Shown: piece by piece, positions 9,227 to 18,669 of the stretch
How the letters are laid out: each line of letters starts with the position of its first letter
Position numbering within the stretch: position 1 is the first letter of the stretch
Origin: Oscillospiraceae bacterium
Lineage (GTDB): Bacteria > Bacillota > Clostridia > Oscillospirales > CAG-272
Assembly (NCBI GenBank): GCA_015064185.1
Contig: SVSS01000001.1
Span: forward strand, 4,910 to 68,909
Length of the DNA stretch: 64,000 nucleotides
Direction of reading: 5' to 3'
Made by a program: the position numbers and the translations under genes
Notes under the pieces: model-generated
Database searches by the model: none
Seen by the model: only the letters and a program-made list of their open reading frames with translations
Told to the model about the DNA's origin: nothing

Positions 9227-10638
9227 TGTCCGATATGCAGAAAAAACCCACCACGGGTGTTGAAATTTTGAAGAAGGGCAGTCAACTGACCTTGGATATC
9301 GTTGATCTGAACAATTTGGGGTGCGGCGTTGGCCGTGCCCCTGACGGGAGAGCCGTGTTTGTTGCGGGCGCCGTTGTTGGCGACCGCGTTTTGGCTGAGC
9401 TGATCAAGGTGAATAAAACCTACGCCGTAGGAAGGCTTGTTAAGATCATAACCTCGTCACAGTACCGTGAGGAGGGCTTTTGCTCTGCGCCGCTTTCCTG
9501 CGGCGGTTGTGTTTATCGGCATCTTTCCTATGCGCGCGAGCTTGAGCTCAAGCGGGAATATGTCAGACAGTGCTTCCGTAAGGCGGGACTTGCCGAGGTC
9601 AAGGTTGAGGATGTACGGACAACAGGTACGGTCAAGGGATATCGCAATAAGGCAGAATACCCTATCACCATGTCGAAAAACCGATTGTGCGGCGGCTTTT
9701 ACGCACAAAAAACACACCGTGTGGTCGTGGCGGAGCATTGCTCGCTGCAGCCCCCGATATTTGATGAGATCTTACATACCGTATGCGCACTTTTAACTGC
9801 GCAAGGCGTGAGCGCGTATAACGAGGAAACGGGCAAGGGGCTTTTGCGGCACCTGTTTTTGCGCGAGGGAAAGAACACGGGCGATATCATGGTCTGCCCT
9901 GTGATAAACGGAGATCGCCTGCCCGATGAGCAGGGGTTTGTCACGGCGCTTTGTGAAGCGTTTCCCGGGATCACCTCAATTTTACTTAACATAAACAAAA
10001 AAAGCACCAATGTGGTGCTGGGAAATACCTACCGCGCGCTTTGGGGGAAGGATCACCTGGATGATGTGCTTTGCGGCGTGCGTTTTGCAATTGCACCAAG
10101 CGCCTTTTATCAGGTCAACCACGATGCAGCCGAGCTGCTTTACGGCATCGCCAAGAAACGTGCCGTAACGGATAGCAAAAATGGACTTTTGCTTGATCTT
10201 TATTGCGGTGCAGGTACGATCGGCTTGTCTATGGCAGATGGCTTTTCCGAGGTCATTGGTATTGAGATCGTGCCTGCGGCGATAGAGTCGGCAAAGGTAA
10301 ATGCGGCACGAAACGGTATTGAAAACGCGCAGTTTTATTGCGGAGATGCAGCCGATACCGAAAAGCTCCTTGCCGCAGCAGAAAGCGCGCGCGGCACGCT
10401 TCACCCCGATGTGGTGATTCTTGATCCGCCCCGAAAAGGGTGTGACCGCACGCTCCTTGAATTTTTGGCGAAGAGAGAGGTGCCGCGCATCGTTTATGTT
10501 TCCTGCGGCCCCGACACCCTCGCGCGCGACTGTGCAATCTTAAAGGATCTCGGCTATGAGATCGGTGCGGTAACGCCGGTTGATCTCTTTCCGAGAACCG
10601 GACACGTCGAAAGTGTCGTGTGTCTGACGAGAAAATGA
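9226..10638 (+). CDS. rlmD: 23S rRNA (uracil-C5)-methyltransferase RlmD/RumA family
   Basis: N-terminal TRAM-like domain, a Cys cluster (CGGCVYRH), the SAM motif LDLYCGAGTIG, and DPPRKG plus the catalytic YVSCGP. Confidence 0.9.
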   Translation: MSDMQKKPTTGVEILKKGSQLTLDIVDLNNLGCGVGRAPDGRAVFVAGAVVGDRVLAELIKVNKTYAVGRLVKIITSSQYREEGFCSAPLSCGGCVYRHLSYARELELKREYVRQCFRKAGLAEVKVEDVRTTGTVKGYRNKAEYPITMSKNRLCGGFYAQKTHRVVVAEHCSLQPPIFDEILHTVCALLTAQGVSAYNEETGKGLLRHLFLREGKNTGDIMVCPVINGDRLPDEQGFVTALCEAFPGITSILLNINKKSTNVVLGNTYRALWGKDHLDDVLCGVRFAIAPSAFYQVNHDAAELLYGIAKKRAVTDSKNGLLLDLYCGAGTIGLSMADGFSEVIGIEIVPAAIESAKVNAARNGIENAQFYCGDAADTEKLLAAAESARGTLHPDVVILDPPRKGCDRTLLEFLAKREVPRIVYVSCGPDTLARDCAILKDLGYEIGAVTPVDLFPRTGHVESVVCLTRK

Positions 10639-10647
10639 CCGTAAAAC

Positions 10648-10722
10648 CGTAGGGGCTGGCGCCCACGACAGCCCGTAATGAGCATTTAAGGGGACGGGAC
10701 GTCGAAGGCGCCGTCCCCTACC
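10648..10722. repeat. REP/MITE-like palindromic element (two GC-rich hairpins inside GTAGGGG...CCCCTAC termini)
   Basis: GTAGGGG (10649-10655) and CCCCTAC (10715-10721) are inverted. Internal hairpins are GGGCTG/CAGCCC (10653-10658 / 10669-10674) and GGGGACGG/CCGTCCCC (10690-10697 / 10711-10718). The element lies in an intergenic position after rlmD. Confidence 0.4.
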
Positions 10723-10845
10723 AGACCTGTGTTTAAAATTAAAAAATGCGCCAAAATCGGCTGGGGACGAATATGATTTTTGAGTCAAACTAAAAGGTGT
10801 ATTTTACAGCAATGTGATCATTAGGAAAGAATGAGAGGTCTTCAC

Positions 10846-11565
10846 ATGAAAATCTTATCCATTGGAAACAGCTTTTCGCAGGACGCGCACCGTTATTTGT
10901 ACCGTCTGGCTAAGGCCGACGGCACGAACCTAAAAACCGTCAACCTTCATATCGGCGGTTGCCCCTTGCAAAAGCATTATATTAATATGCTTGACGACAA
11001 CGCCGCGTACGATTTTGAGTTCAACGGCGAGAAAACGGGTATCAAGGTGTCGATCCGTGAGGCGCTTGTCAGTGATAATTGGGATTTTATTACTTTACAG
11101 CAGGCAAGCCCCGTTAGCGGAAAATACGAAACCTACTCCCCCTATCTTGAGGCGTTAGCGGCGTATGTTAGAAAGTATTGCCCTCATACAAAGATCCTGA
11201 TCCATCAAACATGGGCATATGAAGATGGCAGCGAAAAGTTGATGCACACAGGATTTGCTTCTGCAAAGGAAATGCTATCTGCCGTTCGCGATTCTTATAG
11301 TAAGGCGGTGCAAAGCATAAAGGCGGACGGCATGATTCCTTGCGGCGAGGCAATGATGCACGCTCTCAATATGGGATTGGAAAAGGTACATCGTGACACC
11401 TTCCACGCATCTCTTGGAGCAGGCAGGTATTTGTTGGCGCTCTGCTGGTATAAGTTTCTCACGAAAAAGGATGTTACGGGCAATGCCTTCAACGAGTTTG
11501 ACGTGCCCGTGACACAGGAGGAAAGAGAAATCATTATAAGGGCTGTGAACGAGGCTGTAAAGTAA
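10846..11565 (+). CDS. DUF4886 / SGNH-like hydrolase family protein
   Basis: The N-terminal block KILSIGNSFSQDA resembles the SGNH block I. The GAGAGG SD lies 7 nt before the ATG at 10846. Confidence 0.65.
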   Translation: MKILSIGNSFSQDAHRYLYRLAKADGTNLKTVNLHIGGCPLQKHYINMLDDNAAYDFEFNGEKTGIKVSIREALVSDNWDFITLQQASPVSGKYETYSPYLEALAAYVRKYCPHTKILIHQTWAYEDGSEKLMHTGFASAKEMLSAVRDSYSKAVQSIKADGMIPCGEAMMHALNMGLEKVHRDTFHASLGAGRYLLALCWYKFLTKKDVTGNAFNEFDVPVTQEEREIIIRAVNEAVK

Positions 11566-11669
11566 ACGGTGATCTCATTGTATTACTTGGCGTTGCTTTG
11601 CTCACGGTGATTTTTAGTGCCGTTTGTGCTTTTGTGCAACGGGTCAAGGAAATATTGGGGAGGTGTACG

Positions 11670-12335
11670 ATGAAGCTTTTCATTTCCGCTTTGACAAAAT
11701 TTTTGCTCGGGCTGGTGCTCCTTGGCACAATGCTTTTTGTGCCTGCGGGCACGCTTTCTTACCCCGGCGCGTGGCTGTTTATTGTATTGTTGTTTGTTCC
11801 TATGCTGATAATGGGAATTGTTCTGTTTACAAAAGCACCCGCTCTTCTTGAAAAGCGGCTGAGCAACAAGGAAAGCGAAAAAACGCAAAAAGGCGTGATT
11901 GCGCTCTCGGGCTTGATGTTTCCGGCGGGGTTTGTGCTGTCCGCACTTGACTTTCGCTTTGGGTGGTCAAGCGTGCCGCTTGGGCTTGTGGTTGTAGCAT
12001 CGGTGCTGTTCCTTATTGGCTACGGTATGTATGCCGAGGTCATGCGAGAAAACGCGTATCTTTCACGCACGGTAGAGGTGCAGAAAGATCAAGTGGTGAT
12101 CAGCACGGGGCTATATGGCATTGTCCGTCACCCCATGTATCTTGCCACGCTGTTTATGTTTCTGCCGCTGCCGCTGATCCTTGGCTCGTTTTGGGGGCTG
12201 ATACCGTTTGCGTTATATCCCGTGGTAACCGTTATCCGCATTTTAAACGAAGAAAAGGTTTTGTCAGACGGGCTTGAAGGATATACAGCGTACAAAACAA
12301 AGGTAAAATATCGCTTGATACCGTTTGTTTGGTAA
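11670..12335 (+). CDS. isoprenylcysteine carboxyl / phospholipid methyltransferase family membrane protein
   Basis: Multi-TM protein with the GLYGIVRHPMY motif of the ICMT/PEMT superfamily. GGGGAGG precedes the ATG at 11670. Confidence 0.7.
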   Translation: MKLFISALTKFLLGLVLLGTMLFVPAGTLSYPGAWLFIVLLFVPMLIMGIVLFTKAPALLEKRLSNKESEKTQKGVIALSGLMFPAGFVLSALDFRFGWSSVPLGLVVVASVLFLIGYGMYAEVMRENAYLSRTVEVQKDQVVISTGLYGIVRHPMYLATLFMFLPLPLILGSFWGLIPFALYPVVTVIRILNEEKVLSDGLEGYTAYKTKVKYRLIPFVW

Positions 12336-12473
12336 TCACTTATGGAGCGGAGAAATGCATAACGTGTTGCAAATTTGCTGCACATGTTTAAAAAAAGGCA
12401 TATATTTCGTGCAAAGAAGCACTATAATTATAAGAGGGATAAAATAATATTTACAACAGGAAAAGGAAAAAAC

Positions 12474-13436
12474 ATGTATCGTATAGGTATAGATCTTGGC
12501 GGCACAAACATTGCTGTCGGTTTGGTAAACGAAAAATATGAGATCGTGAAAAAGGTAAGCGAGCCTACGCTTGCCGCTACGCGCACGGCAGAGGAGCTTG
12601 CAGATAAAATGGCTGCGCTTTGTCTTGGCATTTGCCAAAGTGCAGGTGTTTTGCTATCGGACGTTGAGGCGATCGGTGTTGCTTGCCCGGGGGCTGTTGA
12701 TACTGTCAAGGGCGTGGTGGGATATTGTAACAATTTTTCCTTTGAGTATTTTCCCGTGGTAGAGATGCTTCGTTTAAAAACCGGAATTGAAAACGTGCAC
12801 GCAGAGAATGATGCGAATGCCGCGGCTTGGGGTGAGGCAATTGCAGGCGCCGCGCGCGGCACGAAAAGCTCGGTAATGGTAACGCTTGGTACGGGTGTTG
12901 GCGGCGGTGTCATCATTGACGGAAAGCTCCTTTCGGGCTTTAACTTTACGGGCGGCGAGCTCGGGCACATGGTGATCGAGCAGGGCGGCGCGCCCTGCAC
13001 GTGCGGCAGACGCGGCTGTTGGGAGGCTTATAGCTCGGCAACAGCACTTGTGCGTATGACCAAGGAAAAAATAGAGCAATGCCAAGAGATGGGGAGAAAA
13101 ACGCTGATGAGCGAGCTTGCCGCGAAACGCGGTAGCATAAACGGCAGAACTGCCTTTGATGCGATGCGTGCGGGCGATACGGCTGCCCTTGAGGTCGTAG
13201 ATATGTATATCTCTTATCTTGCATGCGGCATCACCAACATGATAAATATTTTTCGCCCCGAGGTGATTTGTTTGGGTGGTGGCATTTCCGGCGAGGGTGA
13301 GGCGTTGCTCGCACCGCTTTTGCCCATTGTGAACAGGGAAAAGTACGGCGGCGAAATTCCACCTGATACCAGAGTGGTGATTGCGGAGCTTGGCAACGAT
13401 GCAGGCATCATTGGTGCCGCGTTCCTTGGTATTTAA
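12474..13436 (+). CDS. glcK: ROK family glucokinase
   Basis: The N-terminal IGIDLGGTNI and the ROK zinc motif GHM...CTCGRRGCWE. Confidence 0.85.
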   Translation: MYRIGIDLGGTNIAVGLVNEKYEIVKKVSEPTLAATRTAEELADKMAALCLGICQSAGVLLSDVEAIGVACPGAVDTVKGVVGYCNNFSFEYFPVVEMLRLKTGIENVHAENDANAAAWGEAIAGAARGTKSSVMVTLGTGVGGGVIIDGKLLSGFNFTGGELGHMVIEQGGAPCTCGRRGCWEAYSSATALVRMTKEKIEQCQEMGRKTLMSELAAKRGSINGRTAFDAMRAGDTAALEVVDMYISYLACGITNMINIFRPEVICLGGGISGEGEALLAPLLPIVNREKYGGEIPPDTRVVIAELGNDAGIIGAAFLGI

Positions 13437-13445
13437 GATTTAAAC

Positions 13446-13481
13446 AAAAATGCGACATGCTGCTGCATGTCGCATTTTTTT
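13446..13481. terminator. bidirectional terminator between glucokinase and citrate synthase
   Basis: Perfect 10-bp stem TGCGACATGC (13451-13460) pairs with GCATGTCGCA (13465-13474), flanked by an A-run and a T-run. Confidence 0.8.
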
Positions 13482-13485
13482 GTTA

Positions 13486-14889
13486 TCATTTGCGCTCATC
13501 GAGCGGAGTGTAGGACCTTGCGGGAGTGATGCACTTATAGGCAGGGCGAATAATGCGTTTGGCGGTAGTGTACTCCTCCATGCGGTGTGCGCACCAGCCG
13601 GCAACGCGCGCAATGGCAAACAAAGGCGTATACATGCTTTCGGGAATGCCCAGCATACGGTAAATAAGACCCGAATAAAGGTCCACGTTTGCACACATTT
13701 CCTTGTTGATGCCCTTGTGCTTGCAGAAGAGCTCCGGGGTGAGTCGCTCGATCGATTCAAGCAGTTTGTAATCCTCGCCAAAGCCCTTTTTCATAGCGAG
13801 CTTGCGTGCCTCGCGCTTAAGCATCAGTGCGCGGGGGTCGGACATGGTGTAGATGGCATGCCCCATGCCGTATACAAGACCGCTACCGTCGTTTGCCTTG
13901 CCCTCCATGATCTGAAGCAGGTAATCGGCAAGCTGACCGTCATCAAGCGGATTTTTTACGTTTGCTTTGATATTATCAAACATTTCCTGCACCTTAATAT
14001 TGGCGCCGCCGTGACGGGGACCCTTAAGGGAACCGATTGCCGCGCTGATGGCGGAATAGGTGTCAGTGCCCGAGGAGGAGAGTACGCGGCAGGCAAAGGA
14101 GGAGTTGTTACCGCCGCCGTGCTCTGCGTGCACGACAAGGCAAAGGTCAAGGAGCTTAGCCTCCTCATCGGTATAGGTCTTGTTTGAACGAAGCATGCGC
14201 AAGAAGTTCTGCGCGGTAGAAAGCTCGGGGTGGGGGTTATGTAGATTTAAGCTGTGACCGCCAAAGACATTGCGGTTTACGGCATAAGCGTGTGCCGCAA
14301 TGATCGGCACGCGCGCGATCAGCGACATGCTCTGGCGCAGCATGTTGGCAAGGCTGGTATCATCGGGATTTTCGTCGTAAGCGTAAAGAGAAAGCACACC
14401 CGTTGCGATCTTGTTCATAATAGAGGGGGAGGGAGCCTTCATCAAAATGTCCTCATCAAAGCGCGGGGGGAGATTTTCGTAGCTGCTGATCAGGCGGCAG
14501 AATTTCTCAAGCTGCTCTCTTGTAGGCAGATGCCCGAAAAAGAGCAGATAGCAGGTTTCTGCAAAGCCAAAGCGATCTTCCTTTATGAAGTTCTCGCAAA
14601 GCTCGGTCATGCGGTAGCCGCGGTAATAGAGAGCCCCGTCAACAGGCGTACGCTCGCCCTCATTGATGATATAGCCATGTGCGTTACAAACGCGCGTAAC
14701 GCCTGCCATAACACCCGAGCCGTCGGGCTCGCGCAGACCGCGCTTGATGTGATAGTTATCAAATGCAGTGCCGGGAATTTGATATGCACTGACCGATTCC
14801 TCTACCAATTCGCGCAACAGTTCATTTTGTTCAACTTCGTTTGCAATGTTTTTGTTCTCAAATTGCACAGAATGGTACCTCACTTTCAA
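13486..14889 (-). CDS. citrate synthase (citrate/2-methylcitrate synthase family)
   Basis: Family motifs HAEHGGGNNSSF and GPRHGGAN, and the C-terminal GWCAH. Confidence 0.9.
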   Translation of the reverse strand: MKVRYHSVQFENKNIANEVEQNELLRELVEESVSAYQIPGTAFDNYHIKRGLREPDGSGVMAGVTRVCNAHGYIINEGERTPVDGALYYRGYRMTELCENFIKEDRFGFAETCYLLFFGHLPTREQLEKFCRLISSYENLPPRFDEDILMKAPSPSIMNKIATGVLSLYAYDENPDDTSLANMLRQSMSLIARVPIIAAHAYAVNRNVFGGHSLNLHNPHPELSTAQNFLRMLRSNKTYTDEEAKLLDLCLVVHAEHGGGNNSSFACRVLSSSGTDTYSAISAAIGSLKGPRHGGANIKVQEMFDNIKANVKNPLDDGQLADYLLQIMEGKANDGSGLVYGMGHAIYTMSDPRALMLKREARKLAMKKGFGEDYKLLESIERLTPELFCKHKGINKEMCANVDLYSGLIYRMLGIPESMYTPLFAIARVAGWCAHRMEEYTTAKRIIRPAYKCITPARSYTPLDERK

Positions 14890-14966
14890 AATATTGAATT
14901 ACATTATAGCATATAATAAATAGAATTGCAAGATGTGTTTGTAAAAAATTCAAAATTATGCCAAAA

Positions 14967-15902
14967 CTACATCCAGTGCCTGCGTCTGAAAATGCGGATG
15001 CAGACAAGTGCCACCGCGCCTGCCAAAAGTATGACGTACAAATAGCCGTATCGCCAGGTAAGCTCGGGCATGCCCGTAAAATTCATACCGTACCAGCCTG
15101 TAATGAGCGTAAGCGGCAAAAAAACCGCGGATAAGACCGTGAAAATTTTCATGATGTTATTCAAGCGGATATCAAGCATGGATTGGTATGCCTCGCGCAG
15201 CTGCATCAGCTGCTCGCGCAGAGAACGCACGTTGCGCTCAAGGCGCTCTGCCTTGTCGGTAAAGATCTTAAAATAGCGCAGATCCTCCTCGGCAAAGATA
15301 TCGTTTTCATTTTCCTCAAGCGCCTTTCCCACGTCGATGAGCTGCTCGTAATAATTGCGCAGCAACAGGAGCTTGCGCCGCTGTGCGAGTAAAAATCCGA
15401 TAAAGCCGTCCTCGGCATCGCCCTGCAGCACACGCTCTTCTGGCTCGGAAAGGGAAAATTCCATATCCTCAAGCATCTTGGCATCCCCCTCGATCATCGC
15501 GTCAAGAAAGGCAAAAACCAGCTTTTCAAGCGTTACACCGGCTGGGGGAAAGCGCTTTAACACCGCCTCAAACGCGCGTCTTGTGCTGCCGTCACTGTCG
15601 CGAATGTCCACTACCAAAAACAGCCTTGCTGTCATGTAAAATGCGATACAATCCTCGCCGTTTTCGTCACCCGTTGTGCGCTTTATCGTGCCAAAGCTGT
15701 ATTGATCGTAGATCTCGATGCTGCTCCTGAAATAGCGCACCTCCTCGCGGCATTGTCGAACAGTTGTGGCAGAAAAGCCCAACACGGGTGCAATTTTTTC
15801 AAGCTCCTCGGTGTTGATATACCCTGCTGTGATACCGTTGCCATCGGGCAGCTCTGTGCATGTCTCATGCGCGGAGGTTGAAATTTTGTAAAACATAGCC
15901 AT
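14967..15902 (-). CDS. corA: CorA family magnesium/cobalt transporter
   Basis: C-terminal GMNF motif followed by two TM helices. The start is set at MAMFYK with AAAGAGGGG immediately upstream. The ORF-track start at 16082 would overlap the next gene. Confidence 0.85.
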   Translation of the reverse strand: MAMFYKISTSAHETCTELPDGNGITAGYINTEELEKIAPVLGFSATTVRQCREEVRYFRSSIEIYDQYSFGTIKRTTGDENGEDCIAFYMTARLFLVVDIRDSDGSTRRAFEAVLKRFPPAGVTLEKLVFAFLDAMIEGDAKMLEDMEFSLSEPEERVLQGDAEDGFIGFLLAQRRKLLLLRNYYEQLIDVGKALEENENDIFAEEDLRYFKIFTDKAERLERNVRSLREQLMQLREAYQSMLDIRLNNIMKIFTVLSAVFLPLTLITGWYGMNFTGMPELTWRYGYLYVILLAGAVALVCIRIFRRRHWM

Positions 15903-15984
15903 CCCCTCTTTCCTTTGTAGCATAGTATGCCCCAAAAGCAAAAAAGTACCCTGCTTGCAATTTGCAAGCAGGGTGTTTATCGGG

Positions 15985-16566
15985 TCATTTGCGTGGCTTT
16001 TGTCCTTTTTTCTTTTTGGCGGAAAAGCCAAAGGTGCCAACGCGCTTGCCAAGCGCAAAATACTCTCCGTGTGCATAGGCACAAAGACCTGCCTTTGCTA
16101 TGTGCAGCTTTCCCTTTTCGTCAAGCATTTCCTCGTTGGCATAGACCGCCACGATATCGGCAAGAAACATATCGTGTGAGCCAAGCGGCATTATGTTGCT
16201 CACGCGGCAGCAAAGGGAAATGGGAGCCTCGGCAATCAAGGGGCAGGCAACCTCCTCTACTGCAAGCTTGGTCAGATTGCATTTTTTGAACTTGTCGACC
16301 TTAGCGCCCGTATAGGTGCCGCAGTAGTCGGCGGCGCGCACCAATGAGGCAGGGGTGAGGTTAAGCACAAACTCGCCGCTTTCCTTGATCATACCGTACG
16401 AATGCCGTGTGGGGCGTACTGAAATGTATGCCTTTGGAGGCACGGTGTTGGTAATGCCTGTCCACGCAACTGTAATAATATTGGCATGCTCCGCATTACC
16501 GCAGCTTACCATTACGGGCGGTGTGGGCGCAAGCAGTGCGCCGCCCCAAAATTTGACTTTATTCAT
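15985..16566 (-). CDS. flavin reductase-like (FMN-binding split-barrel) protein
   Basis: The NIITVAWTG...VPP..YISVRP pattern is typical of the Flavin_Reduct domain. It has a Lys-rich C-terminal tail. Confidence 0.75.
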   Translation of the reverse strand: MNKVKFWGGALLAPTPPVMVSCGNAEHANIITVAWTGITNTVPPKAYISVRPTRHSYGMIKESGEFVLNLTPASLVRAADYCGTYTGAKVDKFKKCNLTKLAVEEVACPLIAEAPISLCCRVSNIMPLGSHDMFLADIVAVYANEEMLDEKGKLHIAKAGLCAYAHGEYFALGKRVGTFGFSAKKKKGQKPRK

Positions 16567-16581
16567 ACCGTTGCCTCTCGT

Positions 16582-17355
16582 TTAAAATTTGATGCGTGTC
16601 ACAGCACGTGTAAGTGCGGTAACGGGATCGATGTCAAACAGCACGCCGTTTGCCGCGATATCGCCCTGTGCTACCGTAAAGCGGTGCGGCATGTGCGTGC
16701 GCATTTTTTCGATCACGTCAGTGGGTGTAACGCCAAGAATGCTGTTCACGGGCCCTGTCATGCCAACGTCGGTGATATAGCCCGTTCCGTTTGGTAAGAT
16801 CTGCTCGTCGGCGGTCTGCACATGGGTGTGTGTGCCGAAAATGGCGGCAAATCGCCCGTCAAAGTAGCGTGCGAGCGCCAATTTTTCGGAGGTTGCCTCA
16901 GCATGAATGTCAAGCACGGCAAGATCGTAAGTGCGGCGTGCGCGCTCCAATTCCAACTCAACGGCACGGAACGGATCGCCAAGGGCTTCCATAAACACCG
17001 ACCCCGCTACGTTTACCACAAGCACGCGCCACCCCTCGGCAGAGGTAATGACACGTGAGCCCTCGCCGGGGCAGACGGCGGGATAATTGCAGGGTCTGAT
17101 CACGGCGTTGGTGTCGTTTAAAAAGGCATGGGCATCTCGGCGGTCAAAGATGTGATTGCCCGATGTGATAAAATCAACGCCAAAGGCGAAAAGCGCCTCG
17201 GCGGCTTTTCCTGAAAGCCCGTGAATATCACAAACGTTTTCACCGTTGGCAATGACAAGGTCGGCGCCAAGCGCGCGTCGCTTATCCCAAAGCGTTTTTT
17301 GTAGGAATGGCAACGTGCGCTCGCCTACCACGTCGCCCAAAACTAAAATTTTCAT
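16582..17355 (-). CDS. ymdB: TIGR00282 family metallophosphoesterase (YmdB-like 2',3'-cyclic-nucleotide phosphodiesterase)
   Basis: MKILVLGDVVG N-terminus, and the GENV, GNH and GTHTH metal-ligand motifs. Confidence 0.85.
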   Translation of the reverse strand: MKILVLGDVVGERTLPFLQKTLWDKRRALGADLVIANGENVCDIHGLSGKAAEALFAFGVDFITSGNHIFDRRDAHAFLNDTNAVIRPCNYPAVCPGEGSRVITSAEGWRVLVVNVAGSVFMEALGDPFRAVELELERARRTYDLAVLDIHAEATSEKLALARYFDGRFAAIFGTHTHVQTADEQILPNGTGYITDVGMTGPVNSILGVTPTDVIEKMRTHMPHRFTVAQGDIAANGVLFDIDPVTALTRAVTRIKF

Positions 17356-17507
17356 AGTTCCTCTTTTCTATGCGTTTGTGCGCCTCTTGTGCGCCAAGCG
17401 CCCTTACAGTATAGCACAGCGCGCAAAAAAATGCAAGAGCTGCACGCGCTTGCGTGCATGATATAAAACAAGGAAAGAAAAAATTTTGGCAAAAACGAAA
17501 AAAACTC

Positions 17508-17536
17508 TTGACAATTGGTAAAAGTGCGTATATAAT
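17508..17536 (+). promoter_or_regulatory. consensus sigma-A promoter for rpmH (TTGACA-17-TATAAT)
   Basis: TTGACA lies at 17508-17513 and TATAAT at 17531-17536. It is followed by a leader of about 85 nt that can form an AAGCGT/ACGCTT-closed stem. Confidence 0.65.
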
Positions 17537-17626
17537 AAATAAGTCACTGTAAAAAGCGTTCCGGTAGAGGATACCAGGTATCACCCGAAACACGCTTCCG
17601 ATTTTAAAATTAAGGAGGTGCTAACG

Positions 17627-17761
17627 ATGCTCAGAACTTACCAACCCAAAAAACGTCAAAGAAAGAAAGAGCACGGCTTTAGAAAGAGAATGAGAACTGC
17701 CGACGGCAGAAACGTTCTGAAGAGAAGACGTGCAAAAGGCAGAAAGAGACTGACTTACTAA
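17627..17761 (+). CDS. rpmH: 50S ribosomal protein L34
   Basis: A 44-aa ORF that is too short to appear in the ORF track: [51 protein letters not shown] lies upstream. Confidence 0.9.
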   Translation: MLRTYQPKKRQRKKEHGFRKRMRTADGRNVLKRRRAKGRKRLTY

Positions 17762-17783
17762 GTCCCGCGCCACATAGAAAACG

Positions 17784-17823
17784 ACCGATGTCTCTGGCAA
17801 CTGTCATAGACATCGGTATTTTT
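17784..17823 (+). terminator. hairpin plus T-tract between rpmH and rnpA (terminator or attenuator)
   Basis: 10-bp stem ACCGATGTCT (17784-17793) pairs with AGACATCGGT (17808-17817), followed by ATTTTT. Confidence 0.6.
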
Positions 17824-17902
17824 CGCTTGCGGCAATCTTTTCTCCCCAATCGTTTATTTTCACAAAATCATTGTAACGGAAGTGTAAAAGGGGCAGTGCA
17901 TC

Positions 17903-18289
17903 ATGAAAAATTACGCTATTAAGGAACATCATCTTTACAACAAGGCATTTCATAAGGGCGAGCGGTACGTCACAAAGACCGTAGCGGTTTATGTGCTGCG
18001 CGATTATGCTGCCAAAAGGCTGATGCTTGCCAATCCCGAGAAAAAGTATTTCAATCGCGTGGGCCTGTCTGTAGGCAAACGGCTTGGCGGTGCGGTGGTA
18101 CGAAACCGTGCCAAGCGCCTCTTGCGCGAGGGATACCGTGCCATCAAGACCGGCTACGGTCTTAAGGCGGGATATCTTGTGGTATTGGCGGCACGCGATG
18201 AGATCTGCGGCAAAAAGGCAGATGATGTTACAAGGGATATGCTTCGCGCGTTTCGCGCGCTCGGCATGCTGACCGAGGATGTAAAATGA
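17903..18289 (+). CDS. rnpA: ribonuclease P protein component
   Basis: A basic protein of about 128 aa with the RNR motif region [13 protein letters not shown]. It is in the canonical position after rpmH. Confidence 0.9.
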   Translation: MKNYAIKEHHLYNKAFHKGERYVTKTVAVYVLRDYAAKRLMLANPEKKYFNRVGLSVGKRLGGAVVRNRAKRLLREGYRAIKTGYGLKAGYLVVLAARDEICGKKADDVTRDMLRAFRALGMLTEDVK

Positions 18290-18669
18290 AGCATATTTGT
18301 ATTTGGCTGGTGCGCTTTTACAGAAGGTTTTTATCTCCCTTAAAGGGCGGTGCGTGTTGCCGCTTTACCCCCTCTTGCTCAGCGTATGCGCTCGAGGCAT
18401 TTGAAAAGCGAGGGTTTTTTGTAGGGCTGATACTGACTGTTTGGCGGATACTCCGTTGTAATCCTTACTGCGTGGGCGGCTACGACCCTGTGCCCGAAAA
18501 GGGACTTCGCTATAAGGGCTCGCGTGAGATCCCCATACCCGATGAGTGCTGTGAGAACGGCAGCGGACGTCACGGGAAAGAAGACGTCGATGTGATTGCG
18601 TTCAATCGTGAAGCAACGGGCAATGCGCCCGATGAAGCTTCCATCCATGGAAAGGAAAAAAATCTATGA
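18286..18669 (+). CDS. yidD: membrane protein insertion efficiency factor YidD (with a C-terminal extension of about 45 aa)
   Basis: The [11 protein letters not shown]...RCNPY..GGYDPVP core. ATGA overlaps occur with both rnpA and yidC. Confidence 0.85.
   Translation: MKHICIWLVRFYRRFLSPLKGGACCRFTPSCSAYALEAFEKRGFFVGLILTVWRILRCNPYCVGGYDPVPEKGLRYKGSREIPIPDECCENGSGRHGKEDVDVIAFNREATGNAPDEASIHGKEKNL

Noticed and set aside
14967-16082. N-terminally extended ORF-track models. Examples are CorA from 16082, gap from 579, ZIP from 1712, glucokinase from 12375, cysE from 41250, nagB from 43543, nahK from 42764, the DUF1292 gene from 47602 and prfB from 61710.
   Set aside because: The extensions lack an SD, often overlap the neighbouring gene, promoter or terminator, and add non-homologous residues. 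In each case, an internal ATG, GTG or TTG with a GGAGG-type SD matches the expected family N-terminus.
17356-17626. A possible replication origin next to rpmH, in the AT-rich 270-bp divergent intergenic region.
   Set aside because: I saw no TTATCCACA/TGTGGATAA DnaA boxes and there is no dnaA or dnaN nearby. There is no obvious switch in gene-strand bias around it. The region is adequately explained by the rpmH promoter and leader and the ymdB promoter.
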